A DNA stretch of 64,000 bases. Origin: a virus. Taxonomy: Duplodnaviria > Heunggongvirae > Uroviricota > Caudoviricetes. The stretch is from the IMG/VR virus record IMGVR_UViG_3300025087_000051; one strand, 5' to 3'. Shown here piece by piece: positions 9,641 to 18,163 of the stretch (within the stretch, counting starts at the first letter, position 1; every line of letters starts with the position of its first letter). The position numbers were made by a program, and so were the translations under genes. The notes under the pieces were generated by a model. That model searched no databases and was not told the origin of the DNA. It was given only the letters and a program-made list of their open reading frames with translations.

Positions 9641-10670
9641 GAGTAGTACCACAAGCAAGACAAAAATGAATTCTATCTCTAAGTGTTTTCGGCACATGGT
9701 TGCCACAATGACTGCAATTTATGCTCGTGTGATGAGGCGCAACCTTCTCAAACTGAATACCAGCTTCTTCCGCTTTGTATTTCAGAAATCCGAGAAATTG
9801 TCCCCAACCAGCATCCGAAATGCTTTTGCTCAAGTGCCTATTTTTTACCATGCCTTTGATATTCAAATCTTCAACGGCAATAAAACCATAGATGTTTACA
9901 ATTTTGCGGGAAATCTTATGATGAAAATCAGACCTTTGATTTCTTATTTTGCAATGAAGTTTAGCAATCTTGATTCTTGCTTTTTTTCTGTTACGAGACC
10001 CTTTTTTCTTTTTAGAAAGCTGTCTTTGTTTAGAGACAAGTTTCTTTTCAGATTTACGAAGATATTTAGGGTTGTCTATAACTTTACCATCAGAAAGAAC
10101 AACAAAGGAGTGAATACCAACGTCAACACCAATAGCCTTATTGGGTATAGGCTTTGCGACAGGCTCGTATTCGACGGAAAAGCAGGCATACCATTTATCA
10201 ATCTCTCTTTTGATGGTGCAAGTCTTTATAATTCCAATAATGGGACGATGTATTTTTATTTTGACCGTTCCTATCTTGGAAAGCCTAAGACCTTGTTCTG
10301 TTATTTGAAATGCAGGTTCTTGTGGATAAGTAATGGAATCGTATCTGCCTTCATTTTTGAAACGTGGATAACCAACTTTTTCACCTGTTTTTATTCTGCG
10401 AAAGAAGCCCTGGAATGCTCTTTCAACTCTAAACAAAACATTTTGAAGAACTTGGGCATTAATATCATAGAGAAATCCCATCCTTTGTTTGTCGGATGTC
10501 AAAATCTTTTGTTGCTGTATTCTAGTAAGGCTTTTGCCCGATTGTTCATAGTTTCTTTTTCTATCAAACAGACAGGAATTGTAAAGGACTCGACATATTT
10601 CAAGAGTATGTTCAAGTACCTTCACTTGTTTTGTTGTAGGGTTTATTCTAAATTTGTAAGTTTTATGCAT
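9510..10670 (-). CDS. tnpB: TnpB (IS200/IS605 OrfB-family RNA-guided RuvC nuclease)
   Basis: RuvC-I GVDVGI, RuvC-II AVEDLNIKGM, zinc finger CSHCG...CLACG, RuvC-III RDHNASLNIL; N-terminal FRINPT...VLYN typical of TnpB. Confidence 0.9.
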   Translation of the reverse strand: MHKTYKFRINPTTKQVKVLEHTLEICRVLYNSCLFDRKRNYEQSGKSLTRIQQQKILTSDKQRMGFLYDINAQVLQNVLFRVERAFQGFFRRIKTGEKVGYPRFKNEGRYDSITYPQEPAFQITEQGLRLSKIGTVKIKIHRPIIGIIKTCTIKREIDKWYACFSVEYEPVAKPIPNKAIGVDVGIHSFVVLSDGKVIDNPKYLRKSEKKLVSKQRQLSKKKKGSRNRKKARIKIAKLHCKIRNQRSDFHHKISRKIVNIYGFIAVEDLNIKGMVKNRHLSKSISDAGWGQFLGFLKYKAEEAGIQFEKVAPHHTSINCSHCGNHVPKTLRDRIHFCLACGTTLDRDHNASLNILKKSTVGTTESYAWGGSLCQMLPENQEALSNL

Positions 10671-10671
10671 C

Positions 10672-10791
10672 TATTTTTTTCTGTTCCAATAAGGACTTTT
10701 ACATTTAGGGCAAATAACAACCTCAGACTTTCTTGGTGTCCATAGATGTTTGCATCTTTCACAGGCAAGTTTAATAATTTTAATTTTCATA
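10672..10791 (-). CDS. zinc-ribbon micro-ORF immediately upstream of and abutting tnpB
   Basis: 39-aa MKIKIIKLACERCKHLWTPRKSEVVICPKCKSPYWNRKK, CxxC...CxxC; stop abuts tnpB ATG (coordinates approximate to 1-2 nt). Confidence 0.3.
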
Positions 10792-10916
10792 ATATGAGTA
10801 TATCTTATAAGTAAGAATATGTCAAGAAAAAATGCAACCAATTCATCACCAACTAATCAAAAGAAAGATTGGTTGGGGACTTCTTGGACAACAACAGTTA
10901 AAATAATTATAAAAAA

Positions 10917-11276
10917 ATGATTGAGAGGAGACGGTACATGGACGAAGGTACGAAAGCAATTATAAGGGAAATTAGTCGTGAAATAGTCGATGCTCACGAA
11001 GAAAAATTCAATAAAATAACAGAAAAAACTAATGAATACCTAGACGAAAAGTTTAAATGTTTAAAGACCCAGATAAGCGAATTAACCAAAACAATGACTG
11101 ATCTTAGCACGAAAGGTTGTTTGCCGTTTATTGAACACAAAACAGAACATAAAGAAAAAGAAAAAAGAACTATTAAGATCGTGACACTTATTTCCACCAT
11201 TATACCGACCGTGATTTTGCTGGGAAGCTGGATAAAAGGGATAGTTATCGGATGGATACAAAAACCACATAACTAA
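10917..11276 (+). CDS. coiled-coil protein with C-terminal transmembrane helix
   Basis: 119-aa ORF; C-terminal IVTLISTIIPTVILLGSWI hydrophobic segment. Confidence 0.45.
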   Translation: MIERRRYMDEGTKAIIREISREIVDAHEEKFNKITEKTNEYLDEKFKCLKTQISELTKTMTDLSTKGCLPFIEHKTEHKEKEKRTIKIVTLISTIIPTVILLGSWIKGIVIGWIQKPHN

Positions 11277-11290
11277 GAAAAGATAAAACA

Positions 11291-11785
11291 ATGATACCGA
11301 TACTACTCGCTTCTTTGGGAATATTTTTATATTCAAATTCACCAATTAACGATACAGAGATTAAGCCGTGTAGAAATTACTGCTGTGAGAATATTTTGTT
11401 TTTTGTCGTTAAAGATATTAATAATGAAGAACTGGTAACGACTCAACACGGATCGGATTGTGTAATTCTAAATGGCACTAGATCAAGCAAGATAAGAGCC
11501 ATTATAAAGAATAGGAAAAATGATGATGTGTTGTGCTGGCTTTGTAACGGAGAACAATTAAATTATGATAAAGAATGCGGATCGTGGTGTTGTAAGCATT
11601 ATGGTTTTGTCGTTGATTTTAGGACTGGGCTGATTCATTATTTAAACTGTGATATGATTAAAGATATGCCGATTTATGACGCTATGTTTAAACCGAAAAG
11701 ATTTGATTTGATTGATGGATATAAGAAATTGGACTATTCGGGATTGTGTTTGTTTTGTTTGGGTGGATTTGCCAGATTAAATTAA
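11291..11785 (+). CDS. cysteine-rich hypothetical protein
   Basis: 164-aa ORF, many Cys pairs (CRNYCC, CWLCNG, CGSWCC). Confidence 0.45.
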   Translation: MIPILLASLGIFLYSNSPINDTEIKPCRNYCCENILFFVVKDINNEELVTTQHGSDCVILNGTRSSKIRAIIKNRKNDDVLCWLCNGEQLNYDKECGSWCCKHYGFVVDFRTGLIHYLNCDMIKDMPIYDAMFKPKRFDLIDGYKKLDYSGLCLFCLGGFARLN

Positions 11786-11786
11786 A

Positions 11787-11884
11787 AGGCCTTCGGGGGG
11801 TTTTTCTATCGGGGTAATGACGGTGGCGGTGATTAGTGGGGAATAACGCCGTGTGCCATGCAAGTGTAGTCGGCTATCGCCGAC
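11787..11884 (+). repeat. structured intergenic element, copy A (family of four)
   Basis: GC-rich hairpin+GGGGTTTTT, conserved TCTATCGGGGTAATGA, AACGCCGTG, 3' hairpin GTCGGC-TATC-GCCGAC; homologous to 12560-12680(-), 32609-32721(+), 54733-54847(-). Confidence 0.6.
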
Positions 11885-11959
11885 AGATCAATAAATAATT
11901 AACAAGGAGGCGTGGAATGGCAACCGATATGAGGATAGCCAAAGAAATATTAAAGCAAA

Positions 11960-12220
11960 TTGGGCGGGAATAGATTCATAACAATGACAGGTGCTAAAAA
12001 TTTAGCCGCAAGCGACAATGCTTTAACTTTTAAAATAATGAGAAACAGCAACGAGGTGACTCATGTAAAAATTGAATTGAATTTTATGGATACTTACGAC
12101 ATCACCTTTTACAGCATCGCAGGCATTAATATAAAAAAGGAGTATACGGTTCGTGGTGTTTATTTCGACCAATTACAAAGTGTATTTACCATGCACACGG
12201 GACTCGATACACATTTATAA
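11960..12220 (+). CDS. hypothetical protein
   Basis: 86-aa ORF between element copies A and B. Confidence 0.4.
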   Translation: MGGNRFITMTGAKNLAASDNALTFKIMRNSNEVTHVKIELNFMDTYDITFYSIAGINIKKEYTVRGVYFDQLQSVFTMHTGLDTHL

Positions 12221-12234
12221 TATGGGACAATCTT

Positions 12235-12546
12235 ATGAACAGAGAAGAACGACAGCTTTACAATTTTATAGACAAATTTAAACGTCATATCCAGAAACAT
12301 CTCAATTTTTCTCCGATGGGATTGTCGAACCTTCACCATTTTTCGGATCGCCTATTGGATAAATGCGATGGTGATTTTGAGATAAATTTTGAATTATTTC
12401 GGAAAAATATCAAAGAAATGGTGCGAGAGTCGGAACCGATCTCTGTACATGGGTATAATATTTTAGATATGTTGTTGTTGTTTGTGAAAAAAGGTGAGAA
12501 TGTTAACGATTTTATCAATTATGTTTATTGGATATACGAAGACTAA
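12235..12546 (+). CDS. hypothetical protein
   Basis: 103-aa ORF. Confidence 0.45.
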   Translation: MNREERQLYNFIDKFKRHIQKHLNFSPMGLSNLHHFSDRLLDKCDGDFEINFELFRKNIKEMVRESEPISVHGYNILDMLLLFVKKGENVNDFINYVYWIYED

Positions 12547-12559
12547 AAGAGAATTAACC

Positions 12560-12680
12560 GCCTGCGACAGCAGGCTACATCTTGGAATAACCCACGGCGT
12601 TGCAAGTACGTTTGTTTCGGCGCAACTTCATTACCCCGATAGACAAAACCCACAGCCGATAGGCTGATTTAGAAGAGATT
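12560..12680 (-). repeat. structured intergenic element, copy B (inverted relative to A)
   Basis: reverse complement reads CAGCC-TATC-GGCTG TGGGTTTTGTCTATCGGGGTAATGA ... CAACGCCGTGGG ... GCCTGC-TGTC-GCAGGC. Confidence 0.6.
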
Positions 12681-12711
12681 TAAAAGAATTTTTTTATTAA
12701 GGAGAAACGTC

Positions 12712-13026
12712 ATGGGATATAGTTGTGCTAAAGCGGCAGGAGATGTTTTAGATTCTTTGTCGCGGTATAATGCAAATTTAGGAAAAAAGTATCCATCGAA
12801 TGGTTGGTATTACAGGGGAAAAGATTATTTTTATGAAGTTGGAAAAGAAAATTATGATGGAGCGATTACTGGTGGAGTATACGATAGAAAGGGGTATAAA
12901 GCTGGAACTTTTCGTATCGAACCAAACGGATCTGTTTCGAGAGGAGCGGGTGGATTGAAAACAATTCTGAATCTTCTAAAAGAACCATTTATTGAAATAT
13001 CTGATTGGAGAAATTGGAAATTATAA
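12712..13026 (+). CDS. hypothetical protein
   Basis: 104-aa ORF with AGGAGA RBS. Confidence 0.4.
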   Translation: MGYSCAKAAGDVLDSLSRYNANLGKKYPSNGWYYRGKDYFYEVGKENYDGAITGGVYDRKGYKAGTFRIEPNGSVSRGAGGLKTILNLLKEPFIEISDWRNWKL

Positions 13027-13348
13027 AGGAAAACTAATATGCCGACAAAATACAAAATATATATTAAATTAGCAACGGTAGGGATTGTAGCATTTTATGC
13101 TTGGAGAAAATACGATAGTGTGTCGAGAGCATTATCGAGGATTCCGGTAGCGGGAAAATTGTTTAAGTAAAAAAAATGAGTGCAGGAATATACAAAAAAT
13201 TAAAAAATAGTTTGATAAGCAAAAAGCCTCTTAACGATATTCAATATGCTTATTACATGGGATATATTGATGCGCTATACGATTATGATATTTTAGAGTC
13301 GAAACACGCTCAATACTTATTAGATTTGATTGTAAAAATTAAAAGAAA

Positions 13349-13672
13349 GTGAAAAGGAGGCGTAACATGCCGGTCGAAAAAGATGAAAATCCATTAGATG
13401 ATGTAGTTGATTTGAAAGAAGATGGTCAAGATGCTGGAAAGAGTCTAATGTTCGTTGCGGTAGTGAGACATTTAATATCTCCGTTTCTTGTCGTGTTTTT
13501 CTGTTTCTTTTATGCTGCACTTGCCTTCGGAGGATTGTATTTGGCTTATTTGGGAAAGTTAGACATTAAAGATACTTTCATTCTTATCTTAACTTTTGCG
13601 TCGAACACATTGACCATGATGGTGAGTTATAGATTTGCTAAGGGGTCTGCGATAGATAAGAGCAAGCCGTAA
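13349..13672 (+). CDS. small membrane protein
   Basis: AAAAGGAGG RBS; two hydrophobic helices. Confidence 0.45.
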   Translation: MKRRRNMPVEKDENPLDDVVDLKEDGQDAGKSLMFVAVVRHLISPFLVVFFCFFYAALAFGGLYLAYLGKLDIKDTFILILTFASNTLTMMVSYRFAKGSAIDKSKP

Positions 13673-13698
13673 AAAAATAAAATATTAAAATAATTAAT

Positions 13699-13726
13699 TT
13701 GACAAATTAAGTATATCGAGTATACT
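13699..13726 (+). promoter_or_regulatory. sigma70-like promoter
   Basis: TTGACA-16nt-TATACT ahead of 13774 CDS. Confidence 0.5.
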
Positions 13727-13773
13727 ATGTCCATTAATTCTATTATCTTGGTTGACTCAATTAAAGGCATGAT

Positions 13774-13974
13774 ATGCTTGAAAACTCTAAAGGAACAAAA
13801 TATTATACTCCAAAGGAAATTGCAGAAATGCTTAACATAAGCGATAGGACTGTGTATGCTTGGATAAATGCTAGAAAAGTTAAGGCGGTACGTTACAGAG
13901 AGCGAAGAATGTTAATAAGCGAAATTGAATTAAATAAATATTTATCTAAACATTGGGGAACTATAGAGGAATAA
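13774..13974 (+). CDS. excisionase/MerR-like HTH DNA-binding protein
   Basis: YTPKEIAEMLNISDRTVYAWINARKVKAV matches Xis/AlpA-type HTH pattern. Confidence 0.5.
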   Translation: MLENSKGTKYYTPKEIAEMLNISDRTVYAWINARKVKAVRYRERRMLISEIELNKYLSKHWGTIEE

Positions 13975-14074
13975 TAAAATGAGTATAAGTAAAGTTGAAG
14001 AAATGGTAGAAACATATATGGTAAGAATGGTTCTAGCATAGTGTATCGCTACTTATCAAATCAAGATTAGTATT

Positions 14075-14734
14075 ATGGATCGAAAATTAGCAGAATTTTT
14101 ATCTAAAAAATTCAAAATTGATATTTCTCAAATAGTAAGAGAGTTTTGGGAAATGGTAATATTGTATGAAATATCAAAATCTTCTGTAGGTAAGTGGTTG
14201 ATATTCAAGGGTGGCACAGCGTTAAGACTTTCTTATAATTCTCCAAGATTTTCGGAGGATTTAGATTTTTCTTTAATACGAGACAAATTAAATATTAACC
14301 AATTTAAGAAATTGTTGGTAGATATAATTAATGAATATCCAAATGTTTCAATTGATGATTTTTGTGAAAAATATAATACATACTTTGGGGAATTAAAAAT
14401 AATTGATAATATTTTGCCATATCCATTTAGGCTAAAAATAGAAATATCAAAGAGAAAGATCAGTAGCTATGCTTACGAACCAAGATTTATTGTATCGGAC
14501 GCAGTACCGGCAAGATTTATAATGAATGTTTTCACAGTAGATCAAATATATAAAGATAAAGAGGATTGTATCAAAACAAGAGCAAAACCGAGAGACTATT
14601 TCGATCTGTGGTATATTTCTCAAATAATTGGATTACCATATAAATTTAAAAGTAAAATTAACAAGATAGAAATAGTCAGAGAAATGAGAAAATATTTGCC
14701 TAGAAATTTGTACCAAGTAATAGATTTATTGTAA
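14075..14734 (+). CDS. abiEii: AbiEii-family nucleotidyltransferase (type IV toxin, DUF1814-like)
   Basis: FKGGTALRLSYNSPRFSEDLDFSL = hGGTAL...SEDLDF NTase signature. Confidence 0.7.
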   Translation: MDRKLAEFLSKKFKIDISQIVREFWEMVILYEISKSSVGKWLIFKGGTALRLSYNSPRFSEDLDFSLIRDKLNINQFKKLLVDIINEYPNVSIDDFCEKYNTYFGELKIIDNILPYPFRLKIEISKRKISSYAYEPRFIVSDAVPARFIMNVFTVDQIYKDKEDCIKTRAKPRDYFDLWYISQIIGLPYKFKSKINKIEIVREMRKYLPRNLYQVIDLL

Positions 14735-14736
14735 AA

Positions 14737-15303
14737 ATGAATATAAAAGAATTGATAAAAATATTCAAGAGCATGGATAAGTCTTTTTATACGAAAAGGG
14801 ATTTGGAGATAATTACTAAGTTATCGGAAAAAAGATTAAAATTATTAATTGATGAACTTTTGAATCTTGGTATTATCGAAAAAGTTGCAAAAGATGTTTA
14901 CGTGGTGTTTTATTCTTATTATCAAATAGAGGAAATTGCGTCTACTTTATATTTACCTAATTATTTATCTTTTGAATCAGTATTGGCAAGATATGACGTA
15001 TTGAATCAGATACCTTACATAATAACATTTGCTACTATCAAACAATCGAAAAATATTGTAGTTGCGAAAAGACAAATAGAGTTTATACAAATTCCGAAAG
15101 ATTTGTTTTGGGGATATGTGGTGTCGGGAAACATTTATGTGGCAGAACCAGAAAAGGCTTTTCTCGATTTGGTTTATATCGCATCAATCAAAAATTATCA
15201 AATAGATATGGATGAAATAAATTTAAAAAGATTATCGAAAAAGATTTTATTGGAATATTCAAAAAGATTTCCAATAAAAATACAGAAAATACTTGCGGCG
15301 TAA
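14737..15303 (+). CDS. AbiEi-like antitoxin/transcriptional regulator (wHTH + C-terminal domain)
   Basis: N-terminal HTH-like segment; C-terminal ESVLARYDVLNQIPYIITFAT...IQIPKDLFWGY resembles AbiEi C-domain; 3-nt spacing to abiEii. Confidence 0.5.
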   Translation: MNIKELIKIFKSMDKSFYTKRDLEIITKLSEKRLKLLIDELLNLGIIEKVAKDVYVVFYSYYQIEEIASTLYLPNYLSFESVLARYDVLNQIPYIITFATIKQSKNIVVAKRQIEFIQIPKDLFWGYVVSGNIYVAEPEKAFLDLVYIASIKNYQIDMDEINLKRLSKKILLEYSKRFPIKIQKILAA

Positions 15304-15325
15304 ATATATTTAAAAGGAATTTAAT

Positions 15326-15877
15326 ATGAAATCAAAAAAAAGAAATAGGGGAATTGGCTGTGATGTTGAGCTTGGCGGCATCGGTACGAATCTAAAATCG
15401 GTATCAACAATAATGACGATAGGCGGTGTTGGTTATCTTGTCTATAAATTCAAATTATTCAAAGGATTGAAATGGCTTACCGATGCGTTTAAGGATTTAG
15501 TTGCTGCGCCCAAAACCATAGCGGTGTTCGAGGATGAGCAACTAAATGTTCGTGGTTCTCAAATCGAGAAAATGTTCAATATTTTGAGACAAAAAGCGGA
15601 TAATTTTACGAGTCAGTACGGATCATTATATGGTGAGTGGTTGAAATTGAAAAGCGAGATAAAGACAGGGGTGGAAGGTTACGGTAAGACTTTTTACGAA
15701 AGCGGGAAAATGCAATATTTTGGATTAAAATCATCTAAAGAAAAAATGACCGACAGATTGGATTCGCTACGAACTAAAATTTTAACTGAGGTTAGAAATT
15801 TGCAAAATAAAAAAGGATTTAAAATTTCTGGAAATTGGACTATCGTTAATGGTTTGGGCTGTTTTCCGTTTTGTTAA
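15326..15877 (+). CDS. hypothetical protein
   Basis: 183-aa ORF. Confidence 0.4.
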   Translation: MKSKKRNRGIGCDVELGGIGTNLKSVSTIMTIGGVGYLVYKFKLFKGLKWLTDAFKDLVAAPKTIAVFEDEQLNVRGSQIEKMFNILRQKADNFTSQYGSLYGEWLKLKSEIKTGVEGYGKTFYESGKMQYFGLKSSKEKMTDRLDSLRTKILTEVRNLQNKKGFKISGNWTIVNGLGCFPFC

Positions 15878-15900
15878 ACAAATAAATAGGAGTAAAAACA

Positions 15901-16173
15901 ATGGAAAGAATTACAGATAAAATTTTAAACAATTTAGCTGATCGTATTAATGAGGTTACTAAGAATCCAATAACGTCTTATACTAAATATAAAAATGGTA
16001 AAATGAAATCAAATGTTGGTAATTATTATATTGATTGGGCGTATGGCGGGGTAGCTTTGTATCAAATGACGAATGAAGTAGGTGGGGTAGCTGATGTTTT
16101 CGGTTCTGGATATACGACAAAACGTGATTTGTATAATAGGTTGAGAGCGTTCTTGGAAGGGATGAGAGCTTAA
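15901..16173 (+). CDS. hypothetical protein
   Basis: 90-aa ORF, AGGAG RBS. Confidence 0.4.
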   Translation: MERITDKILNNLADRINEVTKNPITSYTKYKNGKMKSNVGNYYIDWAYGGVALYQMTNEVGGVADVFGSGYTTKRDLYNRLRAFLEGMRA

Positions 16174-16187
16174 TAAAAAGTAAAAAA

Positions 16188-16715
16188 ATGGAAATCATAT
16201 CAAAACTAAAAAACTGGTTAATAGTATTGCCGATGATCCCTGTTGCTATCGGTGGAGTGGCTAAAGGGGTAGACATATTAAAATACGACATTGTTGGACT
16301 CCCGAAAAACTCCGAAGAGAAATATATCCAGCACATGATAAGGAGTCATTTCGTTGAGGGAGAAAATTCAAAATCCACAACGATTGAAATGGAAAACGGA
16401 AACAAAGTAATTATACAGGTGTTTAAGGATGGGTGTGTTACGATGAAACGAGTATCGAAGGATGGATTGGCGAGTGGATTAAAGATAATTCCTGAACCGG
16501 AACGAGAAGATAATTTGAGTCGAAATGAGGGAAACATTGCTTATGCCGGTATGCCCAGAGTTGATTTAGGAGTGCATAAGAATGATCCTAATTTCAAAGA
16601 ACATATCAAAAGTAATGAGATTGTAAGGGTTTATAACGATGGTTGTGTGTTAATTGGAAGATTGAGTAAGCTCGGAAATATCGACAGGTGGGAATGGGTG
16701 AAATATCAGCATTAA
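16188..16715 (+). CDS. hypothetical protein with internal DGCV repeat
   Basis: 175-aa ORF; KDGCVTMKRVSKDGL / NDGCVLIGRLSKLGN internal duplication. Confidence 0.45.
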   Translation: MEIISKLKNWLIVLPMIPVAIGGVAKGVDILKYDIVGLPKNSEEKYIQHMIRSHFVEGENSKSTTIEMENGNKVIIQVFKDGCVTMKRVSKDGLASGLKIIPEPEREDNLSRNEGNIAYAGMPRVDLGVHKNDPNFKEHIKSNEIVRVYNDGCVLIGRLSKLGNIDRWEWVKYQH

Positions 16716-16716
16716 C

Positions 16717-17100
16717 ATGAAATACAAACTATTATCAATTCTTATCGGTTCGATAGGCTTGATTTTAATTTCAAGATATGTCTATGGTTCGGATAAATAT
16801 CTTGGAGTTTTTGAGATAACCGGATATTGTAATGATGAGAAATGTACGGGCAAAAGTTTTGGTGATAAAGGATATGGGATTACGAAATCAGGTGAAGTGG
16901 CAAAATGGGGAACGGTGGCGGTCGATCCGAAAGTAATTCCACTCGGTACTAAATTAAAAATAAGTGGATTTCGTACAATATTCACGGCTACCGATATAGG
17001 CGGGGCGATAAAAAAGAATAAAATTGATATATGGTTTCCGGCGCACCAAGATGCGCTGAACTGGGGAAGGCAAAAAAAAAAGGTTTGGATAGTTAAATAA
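16717..17100 (+). CDS. 3D-domain (MltA/YuiC-like) peptidoglycan lytic protein with N-terminal membrane anchor
   Basis: VAVDPKVIPLGTKLKI...ATDIGGAIKKNKIDIWF three-Asp 3D-domain pattern. Confidence 0.65.
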   Translation: MKYKLLSILIGSIGLILISRYVYGSDKYLGVFEITGYCNDEKCTGKSFGDKGYGITKSGEVAKWGTVAVDPKVIPLGTKLKISGFRTIFTATDIGGAIKKNKIDIWFPAHQDALNWGRQKKKVWIVK

Positions 17101-17104
17101 TAAG

Positions 17105-17320
17105 ATGAAAAGCCAATACGCTGAAACTTTTATGAAATCGTGGTCAACTAAAGAATTGCAAAGATATTTACGCATGTTTTATAAAACTTTAGAAAACGCT
17201 GATAATTACGAACAAGAAGAAAGAATAGACAGGTTAATACATGTGATTAAAGTAATATTGGAAAAACGAGGCATTTATGTCAGGGAAAAAACTACATTTA
17301 CTTTTGTGAAAATTAAATAA
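17105..17320 (+). CDS. hypothetical protein
   Basis: 71-aa ORF. Confidence 0.35.
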   Translation: MKSQYAETFMKSWSTKELQRYLRMFYKTLENADNYEQEERIDRLIHVIKVILEKRGIYVREKTTFTFVKIK

Positions 17321-17332
17321 GAGGTTGAAATT

Positions 17333-17620
17333 ATGGCTAAAAAAATAAAATTTAAAGCTCCTTATATTGTTCATACATGGCTTGAACGAGACAGACAGAA
17401 TATTTGGGTTGAAGATGCTAAGGGTAGAGAAGTTGCGGAATGGTGGGACGAAGAATTCAAACAAATGGTAGACGATGGATTTTTTAAATTTACTGGAAGC
17501 AGGGGACGCATAGGTGAATCAGTAATTAATTATCTTGTCGAGATGAGAATTATAAAAGCGGAACAAATGTCTGATGGATTTAAAAAAGTATGGGTATTGC
17601 CGGAATTTACGGAAGAATAA
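17333..17620 (+). CDS. hypothetical protein
   Basis: 95-aa ORF, GAGG RBS. Confidence 0.4.
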   Translation: MAKKIKFKAPYIVHTWLERDRQNIWVEDAKGREVAEWWDEEFKQMVDDGFFKFTGSRGRIGESVINYLVEMRIIKAEQMSDGFKKVWVLPEFTEE

Positions 17621-17632
17621 AGGAAAACAATT

Positions 17633-18151
17633 ATGGATAAAAAATTACCAAAAGAAGTAACAACACAGACACAGACTACTACCGATGATATTGAAGGTTT
17701 GCTCGAATTAATCAAAGACAAACTTATCAAGCTTAAGAATAAATTAGGTTTTGATAATATTGTCAGTGAATATAATCGGTACATGCAATTGAAAGAACAG
17801 ACCGTTAAGAATAAAACGAAATTGAGCATGGATGATGATCTTGGTGGTGCTATGCTTGGAGAAGTCGAATCGTTACTGGGCAGGTTGGAAGATTTTGAAT
17901 TGATGAGTCCCGAAGAAGTAAAACAAGTCAAGAAATATGAGAATCCTATCAGTATTTTAGGTAGACAATTTAGGTTAGAAGGTTATAAGGGATATTTTAA
18001 AGTTGGTATTTATATCGCTGCTGGTTGGGTCGGATATAAATATTTGATCAGTCCTTATTTCTTCCCTCTGGCTAAAAAGATATTAACGACTAAAGTTAAG
18101 AAGTCGAGAAGTTACGATACTTTGAAGGATGCGGATTATAATATAATTTGA
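17633..18151 (+). CDS. hypothetical protein with C-terminal TM segment
   Basis: 172-aa ORF; VGIYIAAGWVGYKYLISPYFF hydrophobic. Confidence 0.45.
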   Translation: MDKKLPKEVTTQTQTTTDDIEGLLELIKDKLIKLKNKLGFDNIVSEYNRYMQLKEQTVKNKTKLSMDDDLGGAMLGEVESLLGRLEDFELMSPEEVKQVKKYENPISILGRQFRLEGYKGYFKVGIYIAAGWVGYKYLISPYFFPLAKKILTTKVKKSRSYDTLKDADYNII

Positions 18152-18163
18152 TGAAATAAAGAT

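Noticed and set aside
9627-10745. 372-aa + strand ORF
   Set aside because: Exactly antisense to the well-supported tnpB gene; low-complexity F/L-rich translation; no start context.
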